Notes: generated by a model not told the origin, from the letters alone. A stretch of 64,000 bases of DNA from Octopus vulgaris (GCA_951406725.2 OX597815.1:147932001-147996000), one strand, 5' to 3'; shown: positions 12,646 to 26,599, counted from the first letter of the stretch. Translations and numbers: made by a program.

Positions 12646-13735
12646 CAGGTAGTAGTGGGTAATGGAGCCACCTCTATGAACACAGAAACAGTAAACGGTG
12701 TTCCACTGGGCACTGTCTTGGGACCTCTGCTTTTTATAGTGGCCCTCTCAGATATGCCCTAAAATGCCCGGATAGCCACTCTGGCAAGCTATGCTGATGA
12801 TACGAAAGTCTCGCAGAAAATACAGAACCCCAGCGATGTTGCAGACCTGCAGCAGGAGTTGGACTCAATTTACAGATGGGCTGAGGATAATAATATGCAG
12901 TGTAATGCTGAAAAATTCCGAGCTCTGCTCTAGCAGCATCCAAAACTGAATATTAAACTTACAGGGTACACCTGTCCACATGGAATTTCAATCCCAGAGC
13001 CTAAGTCAGTGAGGGACCCGGGTATCGACATGAGTGATGATATCTCTAACAAGTGCACATTACTAGGATGACGACAAAGTGCAGACGGCTAGAGATAAGG
13101 AAAACATAATGGTCCCATGGCAGACTTTCTACTTCAGCCGCCTTGATTACTGCTCACAGCTATGGTCACCTACCAGTGTGAAATTAACAGCGGACCTTGA
13201 AGCAATTCAGAGAAGATTCAAAAATATTTTCTCTTTGCGACAGCACAGCTACTGGGCAAGGTTGAGACAGCTAAGACTCTACTCCCTGGAGATTAGACGG
13301 GAGAGGTATGCAGTAATATATATCTGGAAGATCCTGGAAACAATTGTACCAAATTTTGGCATTGAAAGCTACACCAATGCCAGAACGGGACGACACTGCA
13401 TAGTGCCAAAATCCTAGCAATGCCATCACGCTTCAGGACAAGTTACTGCAACAGCCTGTGTTTCGAGGGCACACAGCTTTTTAATATTCTCCAAAAGAGT
13501 CTCAGGTGCTTGCACAAAGTAGATGTAGGAGTTTTTAAATCAAAGCTGGACATCTTCCTGTCGAGAGTCCCAGATGAAGCTACATCACGGCAAGAGGTGC
13601 AAGTGAGTGTGGCTATATCAAACTCCATTCTTGACCAAGTTTCACATATTAGAGGAGGCTCTTAGTAATAACAGTGTAGCAAAACGACGGTGCATCAGCA
13701 TGGCCGCAGCTCGAAGCTGAAAGTAGGAAAAAAAT
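12646..13735 (+). pseudogene. 5'-truncated CR1/L2-group LINE (RT C-terminus plus 3' UTR)
   Basis: GVPLGTVLGPLLF, YADDTK (~12790), SRLDYCSQLWSP, LEAIQRRF, LRLYSLEIRRERY; frameshifted; ends in a stem-loop and A-rich tail. Confidence 0.9.
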
Positions 13736-13764
13736 ATATATACATATATGTATATATATATATT

Positions 13765-14113
13765 ACGGAGATGTACTCGCATAGCAAGTGATTTGATCTG
13801 GGATCGTGTGCTGAAACGAAAACAATTGCAGCGTGGATGGTGTTTGTAAGCCATTTAACAAACACACAAAATCCGTTCGATTCACTTCAACATTTAAGTT
13901 TAATTTGTCAAAATATTTTCATCGATAAAATCCGCGACCGCTTCACTGACAAACATCCGTGCTGCATCCGCGCAGCATGGATTTTTGTCAGTGAACAGGT
14001 CGCGGATTTTAGCGATGAAAATATTTTGACAACTTAAACTTAAATGTTGAAGTGAATCGAACGGCTTTTGTGTGTTTCTTAAATGGCTTACAAACACCTT
14101 CCACGCTGCAATT
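13765..14113. mobile_element. Fold-back element, family B; ~290-bp palindrome 13823-14113
   Basis: Arms of ~140 bp are highly complementary around a very short loop near 13965-13971; the two supplied mirror ORFs reflect this. Embedded in (TA)n. Confidence 0.9.
13985..14032 (+). ncRNA. Hammerhead-like motif with G3-C8 core
   Basis: TTGTCA-GTGAACA-G-GTCGC(ggatttta)GCGAT-GAAA-ATAT-TT-TGACAA: 6-bp stem I, stem II, GAAA, palindromic AATATT stem III. Confidence 0.6.
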
Positions 14114-14284
14114 ATATATATATATATACATTACTACGTATACACTGATATACACACATGATTATGCACGTGGGCACACACACATTAACACACAGCTACA
14201 CGCACACGCATTCACACATACACATAATTATTTAATATTATTATTATTATTATCATTATTATTATTATTAATTGTTTAAAAATT

Positions 14285-14470
14285 CGAGCTGGCAAAATCG
14301 TTAGCATACAGGACGAAATCTTAGCAGCTTTTAGCCTGTCACTACGTTCTGAGTGCAAATTCCGCCGAGGTCGACTTTGCCTTTCATCCTTTCAAGGTCG
14401 ATAAATTAAGTACCATTTGCGTACTTGGATCCTCTTTTCCCCACAAATTTCAGGCCTTGTGCCTACAGAA
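14285..14470 (+). mobile_element. SINE S2
   Basis: CGAGCTGGCAAAATCGTTAGC..AAATTCCGCCGAGGTCGACTTTGCCTTTCATCC. Confidence 0.85.
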
Positions 14471-14712
14471 TAGCAGAAATGATTATTATTACATGTGATG
14501 GTGGTGATGGTAATAGTAGTAGTATTATTAGTATCAGCAATAGCAGCAGTCGTACTAGTGGTGAGCCTCCCTTGCAGAGAGCGCATCCATAATTGTATAT
14601 AAAACGTATACGTTATATATGCTGCTTCGCCTTATATTTATGTTGTCAATTTAAATACTGTATAATGAAGACAAGTATTCTGAAGCACTAAAACGAATCG
14701 TGCACATTACGC

Positions 14713-14774
<62 letters not shown>

Positions 14775-14907
14775 AGATAGATATATAGATAGATATAGAT
14801 ATATATGTGTATATACGCATGTATTAAGTATGTATATGTGTGTATTTATATATATAATGTATATTATATATATATACAGATATATTCTGTATATTATATT
14901 CGTATAT

Positions 14908-14972
<65 letters not shown>

Positions 14973-14975
<3 letters not shown>

Positions 14976-15388
14976 ATTGGCTGTGTGGTAAGTATTGCTT
15001 ACGAACCACATGGTTCCGGTTCATCCCACTGCGTGGCACCTTGGGCAAGTGTCTTCTACTATAGCCTCGGGCCGACCAAAGCCTTGTGAGTGGATTTGGT
15101 AGACGGAAACTGAAAGAAGCCCGTCGTATATATGTATATATATGTATATATATATATGCGTGTGTGTGTTTGTGTGTCTGTGTTTGTCCCCCTAGCATTG
15201 CTTGACAACCGATGCTGGTGTGTTTACGTCGCCGTCACTTAGCGGTTCGGCAAAAAAGACCGATAGAATAAGTACTGGGCTTACAAAGAATAAGTCCTGG
15301 GGTCGATTTGCTCGACTAAAAAGGCGGTGCTCCAGCATGGCCACAGTCACATGACTGAAACAAGTAAAAGAGTAAAAGAGTAAAAGAG
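14973..15388 (+). mobile_element. SINE S1, full length, well preserved
   Basis: Complete tRNA-like head, CCTTGGGCAAG, body, stem-loop tail and (GAGTAAAA)n terminal repeats. Confidence 0.92.
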
Positions 15389-16645
15389 TATATATATGTA
15401 TATATATATGTGTGTGTGTGTGTGTGTATGTATATATGTATGTATATACGTATACGAACGTGAACAGCGCCTGTACGCATATACATATCACATATGGCAT
15501 ACACAACCAAACCCATATAAGCAGTCAAACACATAATATACGCATATACCCGTGTGCATGTGTGCCTATGTGCGTGTGTGTGTTTCTGTGCGCTCATATG
15601 TTTATGTGAGTGAGATAGTGAGATTAAACATGCGATATTTATATAGGGATAGAAGTGAAACTTTTATGCATAAACAATAAATATTACATGAACATTCGAC
15701 AAATGTCTTTCAGCGTTCATATTCTTTATATATCAACAAATATGTTGGATATTATTATGGAGTTTACTGTTCGTTGTTTTGCAAACATTCATTTCCGTTC
15801 GGTTTGATATTACGACATTTCTAAATTTCTCAAAACGGAAACTTTATCATGGACATTCTCTAATTAATCCATTTCTTAAAAAAATTGAATAATATGTGTT
15901 TTAACAAATTGCATGCGTACAATTTACAGACACTGATTTTAGAATAGGAGAAAACAAAACATTATTCTAAAACTTCGCATCTAAATTTATCTTAAATGTC
16001 ATTAATAATTCAAATAATAGTGTAATGTTTCACGTGCTCATGTGTGTACGTGTATGTGCGATTATGTTGAGCTGGCGCACAGACAGAAACGGCAGCATAT
16101 CGGGAAAAAGTGCTTTACGGTATTTTTCCGAATTATTACGTTGTGTTTTCAAATTTCGCTGACGTAATTTTGATTTTCAACATTTCGGGACGTAAAAATA
16201 AGAAATGGAATTAAAATAATTAACTAGCTCCCACCTTCCAGAAATTGTTCGGTTTATGCCAACATTTTAAACAATTTGGTTCATATTTGTATCTACCACG
16301 TTCAGGATAATAAATTGCTGAAAATTTTACAGCATTGAACAAAATAACACAAGTTATTTGTATAGGACAGGAATATATGTCCATAGCAGTCGAGTTTCGC
16401 TTTGCATTTCTAGTTCATACAAATCTGAATGCCTCAATACACAAATTCTGCGTCCATAATTCATATTCTGTTTCTCAGAGAGTGACGTATTTCATTCTCA
16501 TTCTTTTCTATATTCTGTTAATACAAAAACATTTAATCATAAAATTATATTGGGTACAGAGATTCTACGGAATCGTGAGCTACTTACACTTGATATCCTA
16601 ATGTGGAAAACAACTTGGTTCAAATCATAATTATTAGCAAAAACA

Positions 16646-16710
<65 letters not shown>

Positions 16711-16714
16711 AATA

Positions 16715-17456
16715 GGTGAATGAATTATCCTATGTTTATCAGCATTGAAAATACTTTGAACCGAAACCAGGATAGCAAATTCACGTCAGAAACACGGTTG
16801 AAGCGACCTGTCCAAGGGTAGAAACTCCGGGTTCATGTGGAGAAATTTATGTGTTGTATATGAATAAATGAAAGAATGGAGTCGAACGAAGATGTTAACA
16901 AAACTCTGAACTCTTCCATATTCTCTTCTCTAAGGTTCCCCTTGTAAACACACTCATAGAAAAATCATACAAATGTAAACATTGGCAGAAATATACTTTT
17001 TACTCATATAAATATACTTTTACTCATATAAAATATACTTTTTACTCATATAACGATAGCCACTGTGGTTTGAACAATGAGCTTAACGTGCACTCCATTT
17101 CAATAGCGAAATTTTTTCCTAAGCTTTCGAACATTCTTTTAATCAACGTACCCTTCCCTTTCCACTTGTTCCCTACCTATTATTCATTTAACCCTTCTCT
17201 TCTTACTATCTATCTTTAACGTCAATTCTTCTAACGGTTTTTAAAAAAACACTCATTATCGTTTTGTTTACCATGTAGGCAGTCATCGAAGTTTTTATTT
17301 GACTTGTTGTCGAGAGAGGCTCCATTTCTTTCCTGATGAGAAGATTGCATAATGCACCCTTTATTCCTTTGGAATGAAACCCTGTTGTCTTCGAAACATA
17401 TGTCGAGAGTAAAGGAATTTTGTTAACATCTTCGTTCGACTCCATTCTTTCATTTA

Positions 17457-17463
<7 letters not shown>
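16715..17463 (+). mobile_element. HHR-bearing PLE-like element, family A, copy 2
   Basis: ~47-bp inverted repeat (16857-16903 vs 17417-17463), internal ~21-22-bp tandem triplication at 16989-17052, HHR, (TA)n on both sides. Confidence 0.75.
17328..17409 (+). ncRNA. Type-I hammerhead ribozyme motif, intact core
   Basis: CTTTC-CTGATGA-GAAGATTGCA..TGTTGTCTTC-GAAAC-ATAT-GTC-GAGAG; palindromic stem III (ACATATGT). Confidence 0.85.
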
Positions 17464-17490
<27 letters not shown>

Positions 17491-17515
17491 TATATATAAG
17501 CATATGTATATATTT

Positions 17516-17586
<71 letters not shown>

Positions 17587-17755
17587 TATATGTATGTATA
17601 TTTACGTTTACCAATATGTGTTACAAGACTCCTGATGTGAAATCGTGTGTTGAAACTGATATTGTTTTATTTCTGGATGGTCGTTTATTTTGCCAAATAA
17701 CCACACACACAATATATCCAAGTAATTAGAGCAAAAGCGCACACAAAAACGAAAA

Positions 17756-17800
17756 GTATCGCTGAAGAGGTCACATACGTGTGACGAAAGATTTCTGGAC
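17756..17800 (+). ncRNA. Hammerhead motif with weak stem I
   Basis: CTGAAGA-G-GTCACA(TACG)TGTGAC-GAAA-GATT-TC; perfect 6-bp stem II. Confidence 0.6.
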
Positions 17801-17933
17801 ATTGGAAATTAGTTAAAAGGAAAAGAATTAAGAACCGTAATAAATGAGTAAGGAACAGACATATAGTGCGTGTGATTATTTAGCAAGAACAAATGACGGT
17901 ACCGAAAATCAAATATATATATGTATGATTCAA

Positions 17934-18145
17934 AATGTGACCGCGTGTGTATCGTTGGCGATTTTTTTCCCGCTGTCTTCCCTTCTTTGGATCTTTCCTT
18001 TTCCTATGTTTCTGATGAAGAGCTCCGCTCGAAACGTTGAACCCTCCTTCTTCCCTTCCTTCCTGAGCGTCCAATAATACTATACTTGTTCCATGTCCTC
18101 GCATTGTTGTCTTTTCTCTTTGTGTTTTCATGTTTGGATTAACTA
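17934..18145 (+). mobile_element. Short HHR-bearing element, family C, copy 1
   Basis: ~210 bp, homologous in inverse orientation to 23438-23645; flanked by (TA)n. Confidence 0.85.
18008..18042 (+). ncRNA. Minimal type-I hammerhead motif
   Basis: GTTT-CTGATGA-A-GAGC(TCC)GCTC-GAAAC-GTT-GAAC; loopless palindromic stem III AACGTT. Confidence 0.8.
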
Positions 18146-18445
18146 TATATATATATATATTTGAAGAAACAGATATCAGGAAAGAACACAGTCGGACATT
18201 TATTTATTATTCTCTACAGTTGTTTCGACGCAACACAATTCATCAAGAATCCAGATACTATATCATGCAGCTGTTTGCATGGTGCGATCTAATGTTTTTT
18301 TCTGGCTATATTCGAATGTTATCTCCGTTAGTTTAAAATGTACTTCAGGGCCATTTGCTTTCTTTATCGTGTTTTCAATATATTAGCGGTTGGCATGCAC
18401 ACATACACACACACATACACACAAACACATACACACACACAAACA

Positions 18446-19120
18446 TCTATAATAATAAATGGCAACTTTATGTGTTGTTCAATGTTTTACTTTAATTCCT
18501 CCGGGACTATCCAACAGACCTTGATCAAACTTGACACTGTGTGGGGCTTATGCACATGGGTTCACTTACGCACTTGGAATTTTAAAAAAAAGCGATTTTA
18601 ATTAGCATCGATGTTTCAAACATCGTAAAATTCGGCATTTTTCGCACTAGCCATTGTGACATCATTTTCACGAAAAATACCGAAATTTGACGAAAATGTT
18701 TCATGGCTATAAAAAGACAGGCTTATTAACGATAATGTATTTAGCGTTTGCTAATTCTTCGTTTCAATGTAAATTGTTTTGATTTACTAAAACTTATTAT
18801 TTCAATACCACGTTTTAATTCCCTAGCATTTCAGGTTTTGATTAGGTAAGACCTTTTTATTTCTCAAACAAAATTTAGGCATTTTGCACTCTAGTCATCG
18901 TAACATAAATTTGACGAAGTCTGTCCGAAAACTCAAGCACAAAAATGACGTCGACACAGGTTCGCTACCGGACTTTGCTCATTTTATCGTCAAAGTAGTC
19001 CTAATCATTAATACAGATTTTGAATTTTTGAAAAATCACGACCTTTGACGAGAAATATTTCATGGCTTTAAACAGACATCTTATTAATGGTAATTTTCTC
19101 TTTAACGTGTACGTCAGCTA

Positions 19121-19121
<1 letters not shown>
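18446..19121 (+). mobile_element. Non-autonomous Helitron-like element
   Basis: A|TCTATAATAATAAA start, GCTAG|T end with a short ACGTgtACGT palindrome just upstream, and internal diverged direct repeats (~18630-18735 vs ~18875-19095). Confidence 0.6.
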
Positions 19122-19206
<85 letters not shown>

Positions 19207-19397
19207 GAAGAGAGAGAGAGAAAGAGAAACATAGAGAGAGAAAGAGAAACAGAGAGAGAGCGGGAGAGACAGAGAGAGAGACAGAGAGAGAGACAGAGAG
19301 AGAGACAGGTAGAAAACACAAAAAAAGAAAAGACGAAGACAGGTGGTGTAGACAACAAACAGATGTATTAATTTAACGCTCGGGAAGTGAATAATTA

Positions 19398-19431
19398 TTT
19401 AACGTTTCGAGCCTACGCTCTTCCACAGAAA
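19398..19431 (-). ncRNA. Minimal hammerhead-like motif (A6U variant) in a short repeat ~19320-19437
   Basis: Minus strand: TTT-CTGTGGA-A-GAGC(GTAG)GCTC-GAAAC-GTT-AAA. Confidence 0.6.
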
Positions 19432-19969
19432 GGAACATATATATATATGAGTTCATGATTCAAGTGAATCAGGTACCTAAACAGTAAAGCACCAAGTTCG
19501 GTTTCAAGAAAAAGGAATCGTGTACAAAACTAAATTAGAGGAAGATACCGAAGTATCACCTGCTAAAATGGTTTGTTTATAGTTTATCGAATGTACGTAT
19601 TTTACTCACTCTCTCCACCAAATCGACATTTTCTGAGCAGGTTGAACACTTGTATACCTAACGGTATCCAAGTGAACTCAGAGGAAAGCGAAGTGAAGTA
19701 GTTATGTTTAGGGTTAGGATTATAGTTAGGGCTCTGAATTTAAACCACGATCTAGCGATCGTGAGTGCATAACCTGACCACTAGGCCATGCGCTCTGTGT
19801 GGTGCATTCCAGAAGGTTTGAGACTATCTCCGGAGAAGTAATTATAATTATCCTAGCGTATTGTAATTTTAATTTATCGTTACAAGACATCCAGTAAGCC
19901 GACTTGCCAACTTTGGTGATTCCAAATGGAAGGAAATGGCTATGGCAGTACTTTAAGCAAACCTTGCTA

Positions 19970-20120
19970 AACACTGCTTCCTATCTGAGTTCAAATTGTG
20001 CCGATGTCGACTCTGCCTATGATTTTTGGTCTAGGTGAAATAAGTACCAATTGACCTCTGGCGTCTATGTAATTGACGTGTCCCTTCTACCAAAATCTAT
20101 GGCCGTGTGCCTATGTTTGA
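19970..20120 (+). mobile_element. Degraded SINE S2
   Basis: CTGAGTTCAAATTGTGCCGATGTCGACTCTGCC..AAATAAGTACCA. Confidence 0.65.
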
Positions 20121-20599
20121 AGGAAATAGCCATTTTTCATACTTTCTTAGGGTAAGCAAATAGGAAATAACAGTTGCTACCCAAGGACAAAAATCCTGCT
20201 CCACAATGGAGTTTCAATTGAGTTATAATGTCGGGTGGAAAATGTACAGAATATCACTTTGTTGTTTGTGGCAAGGGGATTAGTATCCATCATATGCCAT
20301 TTTACAGTTAGAAATCGATGAATTTATAATTCACACAGCCGTTTAAATATGATATATCTCTATCATAAAATAGCGTGTTATACTTAGAAAATCTACTTCT
20401 TTATTCAGTTCAAGTCATTCTGAAAATTGTTTTCTACAATTTGTTCTTATAAAATAAGGAGTGTTACCGTTGTAATATTGCAATTTTCGTCGTTATTTCT
20501 ACTTTTTTGGCCTATTGTAAAGGACACTGCTCAGAAAATGTTTTGTTTGTTGCTTAAAACATTGAAGATCTGATATTTGAGAGAGGAATTAATATTATT

Positions 20600-21700
20600 T
20601 ATTCATTCGTTGCCCGTCAAACACAGATTCTCCTCATACTTCCTCTTTGCAGAATGTTACTACCATTCAGGAATATACTAACGCTTCTTAATCCACGGTC
20701 TGAGGAATCTCTTAAATCCCGAGTGTTTTCCTATTTCATGCATTTATTAATTCTTTAGCGAATTTATTGCATGGTTTCGCACATATTATTTGCACTATCA
20801 TTTATTTTTCCTATGCTCTACCAGACTGTGATTTTTTTATTATTGTGATAAATATTTATTTTCATATTCTCTCCGGTATATTTGAGTTTCATGTGAGGAT
20901 GTTGAACGTTCCAGTGATATTTTCATTTCTTTTCATTTTGGTTTATGGCTTGAAACATATTTTGGTATTTGATCCAGATAACTTGTTTTGATAGAAGCGC
21001 TACGATTTTCACCACTTCTAATCCGGCATGCTTTTGATGATATATTTTAAACCTTTCTTTATAACCCAGAATGTTTTTTTATGGACATTATACGTTTTAC
21101 TTAATTATGTAGTTCATAATCTTTTTATTTTTAATCCCGCCTCTTTCATTTCATTATGGAAAGATAAGTCTTCCATTTTCTGAATAGATTATTTACACTT
21201 CCTTTAGCAGAGTCGTATTGTGTGTATGTTTTCTTTTGTTTGCATTTCCATACTTTTCTATTTAACTGTGCATATGTAAAGTAAATCTTCCTCTGGTTTA
21301 TTGATTTTTTAAAAGTATTTTCTTCTTTAAAGATATGTTACGAATTTATTATTACCTCTTCCTTTTCCATTTCTGTATGTGTTTATAAAAAGATAATTCT
21401 TTTCGTTCGTTTAAATATTCTTTTGAATTTTTCAGCGAATAGTGAAAGCTGAGAAGGATTTAACAATTTTAAAAAATCCATCACTTTCTGTTGATAAAAT
21501 CACTGTTGTCAAATAGCTCAGATCATTTACTGCTAGGTACCACGATGTATTTTGTGCTGTGGACAAAGACTGTCAATATTTTGTAACGTATATTTATATT
21601 GTCTGTAGTTGCTTGGTGGTATAGAGCAATGGTACGTGTTTAAGCTGTTCTAATTTCATTGACCTCCCCATAATCGCTATTTATTAAATTCTCCTCAGTT
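20600..21700 (-). pseudogene. Highly decayed non-LTR (probably RTE) ORF fragment
   Basis: Minus strand ITGTFNIL..NIPE..IFITIIKK..NHA..EIGKHSGFK resembles the RTE pre-RT region; many stops. Confidence 0.4.
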
Positions 21701-21715
21701 TTAGACGTGAATGAC

Positions 21716-21784
<69 letters not shown>

Positions 21785-21872
21785 TATTAGAGGAAAGAGG
21801 ACACAAAAATCAAGCCAGGACAAATACCTCAAGACATTTAAAATAACTTAATTAGGGTAACGTGAATTTTGA

Positions 21873-21950
21873 AGCCGTACAGCTGTATCTGGGATATCCC
21901 AAGTGATTTGCTAGCATGTCAGTACACTGGGCATTCCGTCATCAGAGACA
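21873..21950 (-). ncRNA. Degenerate hammerhead motif with long stem II, near the end of a ~1.6-kb (TA)n-flanked block (21785-23390)
   Basis: Minus strand: GTCT-CTGATGA-CGGAATGCCCAGTG..CACTTGGGATATCCC-A-GATAC-AGCT-GTA; GAAAC is mutated to GATAC. Confidence 0.55.
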
Positions 21951-23390
21951 ATGTGAGTATGTATGAAAGTTCTAGACCAGGAAATTCACAGCTCATCATT
22001 TTCCAGAGGGTGTGAAGGTTGGTCCGTACTTCCGTGAAGGTATAGTCTATAGGTACAATCCCAGGAAAACACAGGCAGTATTTTGGCAGCATTATGAATG
22101 ATGCGTTCCATGTTGAAGTAATGAATTAAGTGGTTAGCTACTTTATATATATAGGTAAGTAGAGTTAGCGGTTAGAGTAACGGTCTAAGGGATAAGAATA
22201 TCTGTTATTACTACAGGTGTAAATTACTTATGTTAACCCTGGGCATGTGTATGCAAGCATATTATGCTTAGGGTGCACATAGGGTACAGGTAATAACAGA
22301 ATAAACGTGAGATTAAAATATACAGATAATGGAGAAAACGTATGATCAACAAGCAAACTGACTACCATGGTATAAATATTTTTAAATACAAAGATTTAAC
22401 ATTGCTTGCAACCTTTTCTGCTAGCAATGTCACTTGGTGCCGCCAAAGAAAATTAGGAGAATAATATTCGCCATCTCTATAGCACATCCGAGCTAGTACG
22501 TGGAGTTTCATCAGAGTGAATACAAATATATAAAATAAGAGAATGGGGGGGGTAAACAGGGACTCGAGATGAGGAAGGAACGCTTAATAGATTAGAATTA
22601 TATCATTTTGCAGTGTAAAGCTTGAAGTCGAAGAGCAAATGAATAAACTAGCAAATAAAGTAGAAAAAATAGTGGATTGGTCTTTCGTTAGGGTTCCAGA
22701 GTATTAAATTTGTATTTAAGTATAACAGGGATCGCCAATAAGTCTAGAAAAAGAATAGTACTTATGGTTTCGTAAATAGAGCTAATTAATATTTATCCAG
22801 AAACGATACCCATAAAGTTGTAATAATAGCATACTTACTGAAATATTCTAAAGACCAACAACCAGCTGTCTGTACTGGAATTGAACAAACTCCGGCTATC
22901 TCTATAATTGGTAAGTTAAATTTATAACGAAGGGCAATCGAAAACCGTTATAGGATAGTTGTAACTAAAACAGTGAAAACACATTCTGATGGAGTAGTCT
23001 ATGTCGTAAGTGGTGTAATCTCCCTTGTGTCATTTTACAGCATCCCAACATAAATACGGGCAGCTGTACGGTAGTAACTAACGGTTAAGTGGAGGCTACC
23101 GTTAGGGGAGGAAGTTACTAGCGCATTTACCTACAAGTTCAGTGCTAAATCTAAAAGCATAAATAGCCAACAGAGTTCGAAGTGGTGGTTATACTTGACG
23201 AACAAGTAAATGTCTAAATGCTCCTGAGTACATTCTGCCCATTATACATACGAGAAGGCCAAATGCACAAAAGCCCAAATATTAAAATGATTAGTTTAAA
23301 TCACTTGCTAATTACTAACATGATTACAGAGTCTGAGTCCTACTACAGTTTACTAAATACTATTCGATATATATTGTTATTAAAACTATA

Positions 23391-23437
<47 letters not shown>

Positions 23438-23645
23438 TAGTTAATCCAAACATGAAAACACAAAGAGAAAACAAAACAACGCGAGGACGTGGAACAAATA
23501 TAGTATTATTGGACGCTCAGGAAGGAAGGGAAGAAGGAGGGTTTAACATTTCGAGTGGAACTCATCCTCAGAAACATAGGAAAAGGAAAGATCCAGAGAA
23601 GGTAAAACGGAGAAAAAAAATCGCCAAGGATACACACGCGGTCAC
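23438..23645 (-). mobile_element. Short HHR-bearing element, family C, copy 2
   Basis: Reverse complement of 17934-18145. Confidence 0.85.
23541..23575 (-). ncRNA. Minimal type-I hammerhead motif
   Basis: Minus strand: GTTT-CTGAGGA-T-GAGT(TCC)ACTC-GAAAT-GTT-AAAC. Confidence 0.72.
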
Positions 23646-23651
23646 GGTCAC

Positions 23652-24041
<390 letters not shown>

Positions 24042-24043
24042 GG

Positions 24044-24346
24044 AAGCGCAATGGCCTAGTGGGTAGGGCAGCGGACTCGCGGTCATAGGATCGCGGTTTC
24101 GATTCCCAGACCGGGTGTTGTTAGTGTTTATTGAGCGAAAATACCTATAAGCTCCTCGAAGCTCCGACAGGGGGTGGTGATCTCTGCTGTACTCTTTCAC
24201 CACTCTTTCTCTCATTCTTTCTTCTGTTGGCCTGCTCGCTTAGCCAGCGGGGTGGCTTCATTCTAAGGCTAAAACAATGCGAACGCATTGTGACCAGCGA
24301 TGAGTAGCAACATCTGATGGTCTTGTCGGTCACGTGAGCACGTGAT
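24044..24346 (+). mobile_element. tRNA-derived SINE S3, tail type b
   Basis: GCGCAATGGCCTAGTGGGTAGGGC..GGTTTCGATTCCC (A/B boxes); tail ..GCATTGTGACCAGCGAT..GGTCACGTGA. Confidence 0.88.
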
Positions 24347-24467
24347 ATATATATATATATATATGTATGTATATATATTTGTATATATATATGTATATAT
24401 ATATATGTATATATATATGTATATATACATATATGTATATATATTTACATATATGTATATATATATG

Positions 24468-24500
<33 letters not shown>

Positions 24501-24520
24501 TCTATATACATATATATACA

Positions 24521-24558
<38 letters not shown>

Positions 24559-24565
24559 TATATAC

Positions 24566-24675
<110 letters not shown>

Positions 24676-25896
24676 TTATATATTTACATTTAAATGTATA
24701 TATGTGAATGTGTTTGTGTACACTAGGGTGTACATATTTGCAGAAGTTGTGTAGTTATTTCGCTATCAATTTTAATATCTTCCACGTTGTCATATTTTAT
24801 GGTTTTTTCCGTTTCATTTCTCACACTTTAGCGCCAATATTGTATGCTTTTATTAACGACTTAGTTACTTTTATCACAGTTTATTTACCTTTTTCATTGA
24901 GATTTGAATTCTGTCTTATAGTATATACCATAATATACTTTCTGTTACTGGCTTTACTCATGAGATTTACTTATTCTATATACTCTTGGGGTGATTTCAT
25001 TGCTTCTCCGAGTTCATGATTTCATGTGAAGTGTTTTCTGTTATTATTCAATGAGTTTTCTTTCGAGCAGATTTTATTGAATTTCATATTTTGGAGTGAT
25101 TTTATGAATATTTTAGAAACCAAGGCGTTTGCTCCATTATTTGCATTGACATTTTTTTCTCAAATATTGTTTTCTTTCTCTACTGCTATGTCACTGAAAA
25201 TTGCTCATGCACATGTACGTTAGTGTTCAGGAGAATGAGAATTATTTTTTTTTAAATCACTGACGTGTTCATTAGTGCAACATTCTTCTCAATTCAGTTA
25301 TAAGTTGGACGCAAGCCGAAAGTGATTGACCATTCTGCTCAGAGTGAAATATTTGAATGAATAGGCATTTTGCTCAACGAAATCATTATATTCAGAGCGT
25401 TCTTACCATACATTCAACTCACAAATTGCATTGCATATTCTGTCTCATACGGTTGGCATATATAATTCAAACTTCTGGACATACACTCACACGTACACAG
25501 ACACACACTCACACAAACAAATATATGCATACATAGACAGAGTGAAGGAGAGGAATAAGAACACAAAAATAAATATAACGTTATATAATGAAAAATCAAC
25601 GAACGAAAACAAACATATGATGGTGAAGGCTTTGGCATGAATTTTGAAAACATTCGATAACAAACTATGTGTATTATATAATAAAAATGCATCCTTGGTT
25701 TACTGAAAGTTTCATCACTTCGAGGGTAAATAAACCAACACCTAGTGGCCAATACAATCTACTACAAAAGTGTAAAATATTCATAATATATATAATTATA
25801 AAATATACCTACATATACATAAATGCAGGTGTGTATATGCATATGAATATGTATGTACATATATATGTGTGTGTGCATATACACACACACATATAC

Positions 25897-25929
<33 letters not shown>

Positions 25930-25991
25930 CACATATATATACATGTATATGTATATATATATGTGTGTATCTATACATTCATATGTATCTA

Positions 25992-26028
<37 letters not shown>

Positions 26029-26086
26029 ATTATATCATAATATCCTTGAACTCGACGCATCCAATTCCAAGTAAGTCTACCTTGAA

Positions 26087-26185
<99 letters not shown>

Positions 26186-26599
26186 ATTTCCAAATTAGGT
26201 CGATTGGGATACGGAATACGTCCAGGTACCGTATTCACTTTTCCTGCTTTGTAATGCTGGCTAAAAGCCGTGTGTGAAGAAAAATGTCTGTTAGTTTATT
26301 TTAGTATACTCAGTAGATCTTCACATGGCTAAACCCATATATCTCTTTAAAAACTGCACGTTGTCGGTAGAGAAGAAATGATGACTCAATAATTAGGACA
26401 ACACAGTTTTATATATGCTCTTTTATTCCGTATTCAGTCATTTGTTTCCCCTTTCTGCACCTTTATATTTTCTTGACGCAACTTAGTGCACATTGCAGAA
26501 AATATGTAGGATGTATAGATGCATACACACACATATATATATATATATATGTATGCATATCTGTATGTATAAGGATTGCATGAAAGACATAACAAGACA

